A stretch of 64,000 bases of DNA from the NCBI GenBank assembly GCA_003140595.1, contig PLKG01000095.1, positions 5,694 to 69,693 on the forward strand, in the 5' to 3' direction. A program made the translations under genes and the position numbers. Each line of letters opens with the position of its first letter. The stretch's first letter is position 1. The DNA comes from Acidimicrobiaceae bacterium. Lineage in GTDB: Bacteria; Actinomycetota; Acidimicrobiia; Acidimicrobiales; Bog-793. Positions 56,240 to 64,000 of the stretch are shown here, piece after piece. The notes under the pieces were generated by a model. The model was given only the letters and a program-made list of their open reading frames with translations, searched no databases and was not told the origin of the DNA.

Positions 56240-57070
56240 TCAGTGCGCGACGCTTCGCTTGAGCAGCTCGACGAGCGGACCTCCGAGGCCCGGAGCAGCG
56301 ACGACGACGGTCGAGGACCCGTCGGCCAGCCCTTCGACCAGGTTGACTGTGGCCCCGGCCTCGCGGGCGACAACCTCGCCCGCTGTGAGATCCCACGGTC
56401 GCAGCCAGGCCTCGTAGAAGGCGTCGAAGCGCCCGCACGCCACTGCGCATATGTCGAGCGCCGCCGAACCGCGGCGGCGGATGTCCCGCACCGCGGGCAG
56501 GATGACCGGGATCATGCGCGCCTGATCGGCCCGGTCTTTGGACACATAGGTGAAACCGGTGCCGACGAGCGCTTCGGCGAGGGTCCGGCCCGAGGGCTCG
56601 AGCCGGAGGGTGCGGCCGTTCAGCGTCGCTCCCTCTCCTTCGCAGGCGGCGAACATCTCACCGTTCACCGGATTGTGGACGGCTCCCACGATGCTTCGCC
56701 CGTCCACACGAGCACCTATCGAGACCGAGAACTCCTCTATCCCATAGAGGTAGTTGATCGTTCCGTCGAGCGGATCGATGACCCAGGTGACGCCGGTGGA
56801 ACCAGCACGGGAGCTGCCCTCTTCGCCGAGCACGCCGTCGTCCGGCCGAGCGCGCAGCAAAGCGCTGACGATCAGCTCCTCACTGTTGCGGTCGACCTCG
56901 GTCACAAGATCGGTCGGGCTCGACTTCGAGGAGGCACCGGTGGCGAGCAGGATCCCCCCGGCAACCCTCTCCAGCCCTGCGCGAAGGACTCTACCGGCAG
57001 CTTCGGCAACCTCTTGTGCGAGCTCGAGGAGCTCAGATTTCTCATAGCGGCCCGGGCTCGGCGCGGTCAT
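56240..57070 (-). CDS. Inositol monophosphatase family protein
   Basis: LGEEGS, WVIDPLDGTINYLYG, and the C-terminal WDLTAGEVVAREAG. Confidence 0.85.
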   Translation of the reverse strand: MTAPSPGRYEKSELLELAQEVAEAAGRVLRAGLERVAGGILLATGASSKSSPTDLVTEVDRNSEELIVSALLRARPDDGVLGEEGSSRAGSTGVTWVIDPLDGTINYLYGIEEFSVSIGARVDGRSIVGAVHNPVNGEMFAACEGEGATLNGRTLRLEPSGRTLAEALVGTGFTYVSKDRADQARMIPVILPAVRDIRRRGSAALDICAVACGRFDAFYEAWLRPWDLTAGEVVAREAGATVNLVEGLADGSSTVVVAAPGLGGPLVELLKRSVAH

Positions 57071-58155
57071 GGCGTACGAGCCGGGCGGCGTGCGACGGCG
57101 GGCGAGTGCATGCGGGTGTGCGAGAGCTGGGCCAGGCGCGCGACGAGTACCTCGATCACGAGTTCGTCCGGCCAGGCCAGCACTCCGCGAAGATCGTGGT
57201 CGGCATCGGCGACCAGGCTAACCGCGCGGGCGATGCGGGCTATGCCGAGCCTTGACCCCTGGGTGAAGACCTTGCGCGCCGGGTACGGAGGCATTCCGAG
57301 CACCGAAGCCGCCTCGGCCGGATCGGTTATGCCGCTCCCGTCGAGGCGCAGCATCGACGCATAGTGCTTGTGCAAGGTGGCGAGCAGCTGGAAGGGATGG
57401 CGACCTCCGGGTCCGAGCAGGCGGCGTGCGGCCTTCACCGCCTTGGCCACCTCGCCGTTGTCGAGCGCCTCGGTGAGCTCCCAAGGCGGCGCTCCGCCCT
57501 CATCGCCGAGAAACGGTTCGAGTTCGATCGGGGTGAGCCTCGCGCCCTCGCCGTACGCGGCGGTGAGAATTTCAAATAGCGCGTGCAGGCGCGAGACGTC
57601 CTCGCCGAGGTGGCCCTCGAGAAGGTGGCGGGCGGCCGGGTCCAGGTGAACCGGCGCGGTCTGCAACTGCTCGCTCAGCCACTGGGTGCGCGCCTTGCCT
57701 GAGGAACCGGGCGAGGTGTCGATCTCGCGTGATCGTGACTTGACAGCCTTGGCGAGGCCGGCGGGCAACGCCTTTGCGGCAATGGCGAGCACGAGGACGT
57801 TCGGCGCGAACGGTTCAGAGATCCTTGAAGCGAGCTCGGCGGCCTGGGAGGCGTCGAGGTTCTCCGCATCGCGGAGCACCACGATACGGCGATCGGCCAG
57901 GAACGCAGGTGTGTACAGCGCGTCAGTGACCGGACCGATCACGTCCTCGTCGCTGTTGGACGCCCGATGATCTTCGATCGCGACAGCGAGGTTCCCTCTC
58001 GCGCCGGTCGGGTCCTGCGCCTCGGCGCCCGTGGCCTCCGGTGAGGTCAGTTCGGCGAGCAGCAGTTCGACGCCACGATCCACGAGGGCAGGCTCACTGC
58101 CCTTGACGACAAAGACCGCAGGGGAGTCACCGGCCCGGGCGGTCGTGGCGGTCAT
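57067..58155 (-). CDS. holA: DNA polymerase III delta subunit-like
   Basis: Overall HolA pattern: VFVVKGSEPALVDRGVELLL, ALYTPAFLADRRIVVLRDAE, and the C-terminal helical domain FQLLATLHKHY...HDLRG. ATGA overlaps at both ends. Confidence 0.65.
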   Translation of the reverse strand: MTATTARAGDSPAVFVVKGSEPALVDRGVELLLAELTSPEATGAEAQDPTGARGNLAVAIEDHRASNSDEDVIGPVTDALYTPAFLADRRIVVLRDAENLDASQAAELASRISEPFAPNVLVLAIAAKALPAGLAKAVKSRSREIDTSPGSSGKARTQWLSEQLQTAPVHLDPAARHLLEGHLGEDVSRLHALFEILTAAYGEGARLTPIELEPFLGDEGGAPPWELTEALDNGEVAKAVKAARRLLGPGGRHPFQLLATLHKHYASMLRLDGSGITDPAEAASVLGMPPYPARKVFTQGSRLGIARIARAVSLVADADHDLRGVLAWPDELVIEVLVARLAQLSHTRMHSPAVARRPARTP

Positions 58156-59099
58156 CGCAGCCCTCCAGTGCCGAGCACCGTCCTCGCCGCTCTAAGGGGG
58201 CCGGCCTCGTCGAGCCCTGCGAGGTCTCGCGGTGCTGACTCGCCAATCGCGGCCAGGAGGTCACGCACCCTACAGGTGCCGGCGACGTCGTGGACCCTTA
58301 CGAGCCGGCATCCTCCGGCTATTCCGAGCGCCGCCGAGGCCAGCGAAGCTTCGCGGCGCTCGCCGATCTCGAGTCCCAGGAGAACCCCAAGGAAGGTCTT
58401 GTTCGAGGAGGACAGGAGCAGCGGATAGCCGAGCGAGGCAAGCCGTGCCGAGCTCTGCAACAGCAATAGGGACTGCGCGGCCGTCTTGCCGAGGTCGAGG
58501 CCGGCGTCGAGGATCACGTGTTCAGCAGGAACCCCGCTTTTTTGAGCGCGCTCCGCGCACGCGAGAAGGAAGCGTTCGACTTCGGCGACGACGTCGTCAT
58601 AGTGCGGCGCGGGGTCCGGCACCCGTGGTGAGAGCCGAATGTGGGTGGCCACCACGCTGGCCCCGGCTGCCGACGCGGCCGAGAGGTAACCGGGGTCGGC
58701 GAACCCGCTGATGTCGTTTCCGACCACGGCTCCGGCTTCGAAGCAAGCGGCGGCGACCGACGCCCGCCAGGTGTCGACAGAAATCGGCACGTCGAAGCGT
58801 TCGACAAGCGTCGCGATCACCGGCACGACGCGGTCGAGCTCCTCCTGCTCTGTGACCTCGGGCCCGGGGCCGGCCTTGACACCGCCCACGTCGAGCGCGT
58901 CGGCGCCTTCTCGGACCAGTTGCTCGGCGCGCTCATAGAAGCGGTCCAGCTCGAAGTACGAACCGCGGTCGTAGAACGAGTCCGTGGTCCGATTGAGGAT
59001 TCCGATGACCAGTGCCCTGGTCGTCAGGTCGTAGCGACGCCGACCGAGCTCGAGGAAGACGGGATGGCTTGGCCACCAGACTGAGCTGTGAGTCGGCAC
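58152..59099 (-). CDS. folP: Dihydropteroate synthase
   Basis: LVIGILNRTTDSFYDRG, GADALDVGGVKAGPG, ISVDTW, and the C-terminal RVHDV. I prefer GTG 59099 because the track start (59228) overlaps the upstream thioredoxin gene by ~100 nt. Confidence 0.8.
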   Translation of the reverse strand: MPTHSSVWWPSHPVFLELGRRRYDLTTRALVIGILNRTTDSFYDRGSYFELDRFYERAEQLVREGADALDVGGVKAGPGPEVTEQEELDRVVPVIATLVERFDVPISVDTWRASVAAACFEAGAVVGNDISGFADPGYLSAASAAGASVVATHIRLSPRVPDPAPHYDDVVAEVERFLLACAERAQKSGVPAEHVILDAGLDLGKTAAQSLLLLQSSARLASLGYPLLLSSSNKTFLGVLLGLEIGERREASLASAALGIAGGCRLVRVHDVAGTCRVRDLLAAIGESAPRDLAGLDEAGPLRAARTVLGTGGLR

Positions 59100-59124
59100 G
59101 CCTGGGCTCGCGGGCTCGGCAGGG

Positions 59125-59859
59125 TCAGAACAACCGAGAGGCAAGAGCCCGTCGGTACTGTTCCCGCCTCGGATCCGAGGAGTCCATCGTCTCGAGGAGG
59201 TCGACAAGCTCCTGGCGGGCCTCGTCATCGGTCTTCACCCGGTCCAACAGCGCGCCCATGTGCTCGTCGAGTGCAACCCCGCCACTTCCGCTCGTACCCA
59301 CGGGCAGCACCGGTGAGCCCGCGATCGCCAACCTGGCAAGAGCGGCGACGCGACGCGCCTCGCCGGCGTCTGGGATCTTGGCGAGCAGGTTCAGCGCGTC
59401 CTCGGGCTCACCTTTCGCGACGAGTATCTCAGCCAGGCCGACGATGGCCTCGGGACGGTCGGGCTCGAGCTCGAGCGCACGGCGCAGCGAGGGCTCGTCT
59501 CCCAGGGCGATCAGCTCGTCGGCTTGGCTCGCGGCAGGGACGAGCCGGCCCACGAAGTCGCGGATGGCAGCCTCGCCGAGCGCGCCGATGAACTGGTCGA
59601 CGACCTGGCGGTCCTTGATCGCGAACACCGCCGGGATCGACTGGACCTGGAAGCTCTGAGCGACCCTCGGGTTCTCGTCGACGTTGACCTTAACGAGCTC
59701 GACGGCGCCCGCTGTCGCCTCCACGACGCGTTCGATGACCGGGCTGAGCGTCTTGCACGGGCCGCACCACGGTGCCCACAGGTCGACGATGACCGGGACG
59801 GTTTCAGAGCGGACGAGTACGTCGTTCTCGAAGGAGACGTCGGTGGAATCCAGTGTCAT
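59125..59859 (-). CDS. Thioredoxin-domain plus TPR protein (YbbN/CnoX-like)
   Basis: VIVDLWAPWCGPCKTLSP, then TPR-like helices (ALELEPDRPEAIVGLAEILVAKGEPEDA). Confidence 0.8.
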   Translation of the reverse strand: MTLDSTDVSFENDVLVRSETVPVIVDLWAPWCGPCKTLSPVIERVVEATAGAVELVKVNVDENPRVAQSFQVQSIPAVFAIKDRQVVDQFIGALGEAAIRDFVGRLVPAASQADELIALGDEPSLRRALELEPDRPEAIVGLAEILVAKGEPEDALNLLAKIPDAGEARRVAALARLAIAGSPVLPVGTSGSGGVALDEHMGALLDRVKTDDEARQELVDLLETMDSSDPRREQYRRALASRLF

Positions 59860-59950
59860 CGATCAAAACCCTAACGGGTCGCCGACGCCCACACGCGCTG
59901 TCGTGCACGTGTTGGACGACGCCACAAGCGCACGGACGCGCCGGTCGTGG

Positions 59951-60754
59951 TTACGGAATGGTCGTCGGGGTGGCCGGAAGGGTGAACTCGCTGGCCGGCA
60001 CGCTCGTCGAGTAGCTCGTGATCTCGAAGCTGCCGTTGTCCGCCGCCGTGGCGCCCGTCCACGCGACATAGCCCAGGACGCCCTGATCTGTCACACAGAA
60101 CGTCCCGGTCCCAGTCTTTCCGGTCGGATCGGTCACCGAGACGCAGGAAAGCGAGATGCCGTTGACCGATTTCGACGAGTAGCTGACCTGTCCGCCCGAG
60201 GCTTTGGCGGCGGCCTGGAAGTAGGGAAGGTAGTAGCCGGGCTCGTACATCTTGAACAGGTCCGCCTCCGAAGCTGCTGCTCCCTCACTCAGGCACATCC
60301 CGCCGGTGCCCGATGACGTCTGTCCGCTGCAGATGTAGCTCTTCTTGCCGAGATTTACCAGCTCGAACTTGCCCGAGGAGCTGGTCCCCCCGAAGAGCGA
60401 GTCCGATCCCTGCTGAGCGATCGTGAGGCTCGTCAAGGACGTGGAGGTACCCGAGGTGACCTTGTATGTCGCGATGAAGGTCGCCTGCTGGCCGGCCTGG
60501 AACTTCGAGAGCAGACCCGAGCCCGAGGTTCCGGCCGAAGTCGTCGTCGTCGAGCTCGCAGCCGCGGTCGTTGTCGTCGTAGTCGAGCTTGTGGCAGTCG
60601 AAGTAGTCGACGTGGTCGAGCTCGCGGACGCCGTGGTGGTGGTCGTGGGTGTGCTCGAGCTGCTGCAGCCTGCCGCCACGATCGCCGCGACTGTCACCAG
60701 AGCCAAGCCTGCAGCGACGCGACTCGGCTTGATATTCCTCGCAAGTCTGATCAT
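59951..60754 (-). CDS. Lipoprotein with a ~50-aa Ser/Thr-rich linker
   Basis: Lipobox LALVTVAAIVAAGC, then SSSSTPTTTTTASASSTTSTTSTATSSTTTTTTAAASSTTTTSAGTSGSG, then a globular domain with 4 Cys. Start at ATG 60754. Confidence 0.6.
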   Translation of the reverse strand: MIRLARNIKPSRVAAGLALVTVAAIVAAGCSSSSTPTTTTTASASSTTSTTSTATSSTTTTTTAAASSTTTTSAGTSGSGLLSKFQAGQQATFIATYKVTSGTSTSLTSLTIAQQGSDSLFGGTSSSGKFELVNLGKKSYICSGQTSSGTGGMCLSEGAAASEADLFKMYEPGYYLPYFQAAAKASGGQVSYSSKSVNGISLSCVSVTDPTGKTGTGTFCVTDQGVLGYVAWTGATAADNGSFEITSYSTSVPASEFTLPATPTTIP

Positions 60755-60897
60755 CTGTGCCTCCCACATATCGGGCCCCCTGTTGCAGACGACGGCTGAG
60801 TTCCATGGCGACGGCTGCCGGGACCGCTTCAAATGTGTTGTGAGGCTAGCTCACCGCCGGATCCCGTGGTGATCTTTGTGCCGATAGTGTCAGCGAG

Positions 60898-63800
60898 TCA
60901 GACGACGAAGTACTTGGCCATCGGGTGGTGGCAGATGATTGCGAGCGTCGTCTGTTCGGGATGGAGCTGGAAGCCCTCGCTCACTGTGACTCCGATACGG
61001 CCGGCTTCGAGGAGGTCTACGACTTTCGCATTGTCCTCCAGATCCGGGCATGCCGGGTAGCCGAACGAATACCGGCCACCACGGTGCTGCTGGCGGAACA
61101 GACCGGTCAGCGTCGGAGCGTCCTCGTCGGCGAATCCCCACTCCTCTCGGACGCGCCGGTGCCATAGCTCGGCGACCGCCTCAGTCATTTCGACCGACAA
61201 CCCGTGCATCGCCACATACTCCCTGTAGCTGTCCGCGGCGAACAGCTCGGCCGTGCGGACCGAAGCCAGAGATCCCATCGTCACAATCTGGAATGCGGCA
61301 TAGTCGTGGTCAGAAGAGTCCACCGGCCTGAAGAAATCGGCGATGCATAGGTAAGGCTCTTTTGCTTGGCGTGGGAACGAGAAACGTTCACGCTCAGTCG
61401 TGCGGTCGTCGTCGGCGTACACGACGAGATCGTTCCCGTCGGCGTTCACCGGGAAGTAGCCCCAGACAACCTGAGGCACGAGCAAGCCTTCGGCCTTGGC
61501 CTGGTCGAGGTGCGCCCGGAGCTCGGCTCGGACACGCTCTTTGAAGTCCACGTCGGTCTCGCCCGCTTCGGGGCGATAGCCCCACTGGTTGCGGAAGAGC
61601 GCGGTCTCGTTCAAGTAGGAAGCGATGTCGTCAAGCGGTATGCCCTTGGCGACCCGGGTTCCGAGGAACGGAGGCTCGAACAGCTCGTTGTCGGTCCCGA
61701 CCTCCGGCGAGCGCGCCGGAAGCGTTGCCGGGTCGATCTCGGCCACCTGCGCGCTGCGCCGCGGGGGGAGTTTGCGGCCCGAGAGCTCGGTCCCGAAGCT
61801 CGGGTCGACCACACCGCTCCGCTTGATCTGCATCAGCCGGTCCAACAGGTGCAGGCCCTCGAAGGCGTCCTTGCCATAGAAGACACGACCTCTGTACACA
61901 GAGCGGAGGTCCTTTTCGACATAGGTGCGCGTGAGCGCCGCTCCACCCAGGATGATCGGGTACCCGGACTTGTCGAGCCGGTTAAGCTCCTCCAGGTTGT
62001 CGCGCATGATGAGCGTCGACTTCACGAGCAGGCCGCTCATGCCGATCGCGTCGGCCCCGACTTCGTCGGCTTTCGCGATCATCTCCGACACCGGCACCTT
62101 GATCCCGAGGTTGTGGACCTCGTAGCCGTTGTTGGTGAGGATGATGTCGACCAGGTTCTTGCCGATATCGTGCACGTCGCCCTTGACGGTTCCGAGAACG
62201 ATCCTGCCCCGCCCACCTGACTCGGAGCGCTCCATGTGCGGTTCCAGGTGGGCCACTGCGGCCTTCATCGTCTCGGCCGAGGCGAGCACGAAGGGCAGCT
62301 GCATCTGGCCAGAGCCGAACAGCTCTCCGACGGTGCGCATACCGGCAAGCAGCATGTCGTTGACGATGTCGAGGGCCGCGTGCCCGGCGCCGAGTGCCTC
62401 GTCGAGCTCGGCCTCGAGACCATTGCGGTCACCGTCCACGATTCGCCTTTCCAGGCGTCGCGCGACGGTCCAGCCGGAGCGATCCTCGATCGCGGAGTGT
62501 GCCGTTGCGCTTTCGCCCTCGAACGCGGCGATGAGAGCCGAGAGCGGGTCATAGCCCTCGCGGCGCCGGTCGTATATGAGATCAAGGCAGATGTCGCGGT
62601 CGGACTCGGCTATCTTGTGCAGGGGCTGGATCTTTCCGGCATGAACGATCGCGGCATCGAGCCCGGCTTGAACGCACTCGTGCAGGAAGACCGAGTTGAG
62701 CACCTGGCGGGCAGCGGGGGAGAGCCCGAAGGAGACATTCGAGAGGCCGAGCACCGTGTGCACGCCGGGCATCTCGGTCTTGATCCGCCGGATCGCCTCG
62801 ATGGTCTCGATCCCGTCCCGCCGGCTCTCCTCCATTCCAGTCGACAGTGGGAGAGCCAGTGCATCAAAGAGGAGGTCTGCCGGCTCGAGGCCGTATCGCC
62901 CGACGGCAAGGTCGTGGATGGCCTTGGCCGCACGCAGCTTCCAGTCCGCGGTGCGCGCTTGGCCGTCGGTGTCGATGCAGGTGCAGATCACCGCTGCCCC
63001 GTAGTCGCGCGCGAGCGTCAGGAAGCGATCGAGCCGGGTACCGGGGGCATCCCCATCCTCCAGGTTCACCGAGTTGAGGACGGGCCTCCCGCCTATCCAC
63101 TGGAGGGCAGCTTCGGCGACCGGAGCCTCGGTGGTGTCGATGACGAGGGGGATCGACGACTGGGTGGCAAAGCGCTGCGCCACTTCTGTCATGTCCCGTA
63201 CTCCGTCGGCGCCTGTGTAGTCGACGCACACGTCGAGCAGATGGGCGCCCTCACGAATCTGGTCGCGTGCCATCGTGACCGTGGTCTCGAAGTCGCCCGC
63301 GAGCATCGCGTCGCGGAAGCGCTTGGATCCGTTGGCGTTTGTGCGCTCGCCTATGACCAGAAACGACGCCTCCTGCTCGAACGGTGTCGCAACGTACAGC
63401 GAAGCTGCAGACGGCTCATAAACCGGCGAGCGAGGTGCGGGCACGAGATCCGCGCAGGCGGCCACGACCTTGGCGAGGTGCTCGGGGGTCGTGCCGCAAC
63501 AACCGCCGACGACCGAGACCCCCAGTTCGCGGATGAACAGGGACAGGTGTTCGGCGAGGGCGTCCGGCGTCAGGTCGTAGTGCATCTTCCCGTCGAGCAC
63601 CGACGGCAGTCCGGCATTCGGCAGCGCCGAGATCGCAGTGCGCGCCTGGCCAGACAGGAAGCGGAGGGCTTCGTACATCTCGACGGGACCGGTGGCGCAG
63701 TTCATGCCGATCACGTCGGGTCTCATCGCGTCCAGCGTGCACAGTGCCGCGCCGATCTCGGTGCCGAGCAGCATCCGGCCGGTGAGCTCGATGGTCACCT

Positions 63801-64000
63801 GCACCTGGATCGGTACCTCGCGTCCCGCGTACTGCATGGCGCGCCGGCAAGCTTGGATCGCCGCCTTGGACTGGAGCACGTCGTAGACCGTCTCGATCAG
63901 GAAGAGATCGACTCCGCCGTCGAGCAGCCCACGCGCGACTACCTCGTAGGCGTCCCGCAGGTCCTTGAAGCTCACCTGGCCGAGCGTCGGCAGCTTCGTG
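60898..64000 (-). CDS. metH: Cobalamin-dependent methionine synthase; N-terminus runs off the right edge
   Basis: Hcy-binding GGCCGTTPEH, a pterin-binding domain, the B12 motif GDVHDIGKN, and a C-terminal activation domain. The frame stays open upstream of the track start (63975) through to 64000. Confidence 0.95.
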   Translation of the reverse strand, partial: TKLPTLGQVSFKDLRDAYEVVARGLLDGGVDLFLIETVYDVLQSKAAIQACRRAMQYAGREVPIQVQVTIELTGRMLLGTEIGAALCTLDAMRPDVIGMNCATGPVEMYEALRFLSGQARTAISALPNAGLPSVLDGKMHYDLTPDALAEHLSLFIRELGVSVVGGCCGTTPEHLAKVVAACADLVPAPRSPVYEPSAASLYVATPFEQEASFLVIGERTNANGSKRFRDAMLAGDFETTVTMARDQIREGAHLLDVCVDYTGADGVRDMTEVAQRFATQSSIPLVIDTTEAPVAEAALQWIGGRPVLNSVNLEDGDAPGTRLDRFLTLARDYGAAVICTCIDTDGQARTADWKLRAAKAIHDLAVGRYGLEPADLLFDALALPLSTGMEESRRDGIETIEAIRRIKTEMPGVHTVLGLSNVSFGLSPAARQVLNSVFLHECVQAGLDAAIVHAGKIQPLHKIAESDRDICLDLIYDRRREGYDPLSALIAAFEGESATAHSAIEDRSGWTVARRLERRIVDGDRNGLEAELDEALGAGHAALDIVNDMLLAGMRTVGELFGSGQMQLPFVLASAETMKAAVAHLEPHMERSESGGRGRIVLGTVKGDVHDIGKNLVDIILTNNGYEVHNLGIKVPVSEMIAKADEVGADAIGMSGLLVKSTLIMRDNLEELNRLDKSGYPIILGGAALTRTYVEKDLRSVYRGRVFYGKDAFEGLHLLDRLMQIKRSGVVDPSFGTELSGRKLPPRRSAQVAEIDPATLPARSPEVGTDNELFEPPFLGTRVAKGIPLDDIASYLNETALFRNQWGYRPEAGETDVDFKERVRAELRAHLDQAKAEGLLVPQVVWGYFPVNADGNDLVVYADDDRTTERERFSFPRQAKEPYLCIADFFRPVDSSDHDYAAFQIVTMGSLASVRTAELFAADSYREYVAMHGLSVEMTEAVAELWHRRVREEWGFADEDAPTLTGLFRQQHRGGRYSFGYPACPDLEDNAKVVDLLEAGRIGVTVSEGFQLHPEQTTLAIICHHPMAKYFVV

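Overview
High-GC chromosomal segment, roughly two-thirds G+C by eye, with strongly GC3-biased coding. It carries Actinomycetota hallmarks: a WhiB-family regulator next to a PdtaS-type histidine kinase, a DUF3107 gene followed by two ArsA/Get3-like ATPases, a DDN/F420-family nitroreductase, and lipobox lipoproteins. I can support about 60 protein genes. I saw no rRNA, tRNA, CRISPR array, transposase or integrase. Many long ORFs in the six-frame track are high-GC shadow frames and were rejected. Several true starts lie inside the listed ORFs, and one gene at each edge is missing from the track or truncated in it because it runs off the window. Layout: (1) 1-7.1 kb is an ABC-transporter-dependent glycan assembly locus with a tandem two-module glycosyltransferase, a small coiled-coil protein, Wzm, Wzt with a C-terminal extra domain, a methyltransferase and a GT4. 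(2) 7.2-18.7 kb is mostly housekeeping: SpoIID/LytB-like protein, aldehyde dehydrogenase, LPG-synthase-TM-like membrane protein, valS and cysS head to head, csp, acyl-CoA dehydrogenase and a DDN-family protein. (3) 18.8-24.2 kb looks accessory: a secreted 14-blade beta-propeller repeat protein, an Asp/Glu-racemase::GNAT fusion, an EamA remnant, an orphan secreted Cys protein and a LysE exporter. (4) 24.3-28.8 kb holds a YbaK-like deacylase, tam, a GNAT, a GT4 and gmd. (5) 29.0-35.9 kb is a complete, translationally coupled System I cytochrome c maturation operon (ccmABCDEFGHI-like), which is unexpected in this lineage. (6) 36.0-40.3 kb holds a SufR-like regulator with a NifS-like desulfurase, a divergent Mrp/ApbC, and a dGTPase-like HD protein. 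(7) 40.5-48.8 kb holds a Zn-ribbon protein, DUF3107, two ArsA-like ATPases, a PdtaS-like kinase, whiB preceded by a perfect TGTGA-N6-TCACA site, glpQ-like and etfBA. (8) 49.0-52.8 kb is a visibly lower-GC island with three type IV (pseudo)pilin-like genes, including a 558-aa PilX-like protein with a predicted (by composition) beta-helix, and no pilus machinery nearby. It is followed by an ~800-bp non-coding gap. (9) 52.8-64.0 kb holds MBOAT plus an SGNH/DUF459 O-acyltransfer pair, ppa, IMPase, holA, folP, thioredoxin-TPR, a Ser/Thr-linker lipoprotein and metH (partial). I cannot prove a novel system from sequence alone. The best candidates for follow-up are the orphan minor-pilin island with its adjacent gap, the System I ccm operon in an actinobacterial context, the racemase::GNAT fusion next to amino-acid exporters, and the cap-and-export glycan locus with its odd in-frame wzm/wzt junction.
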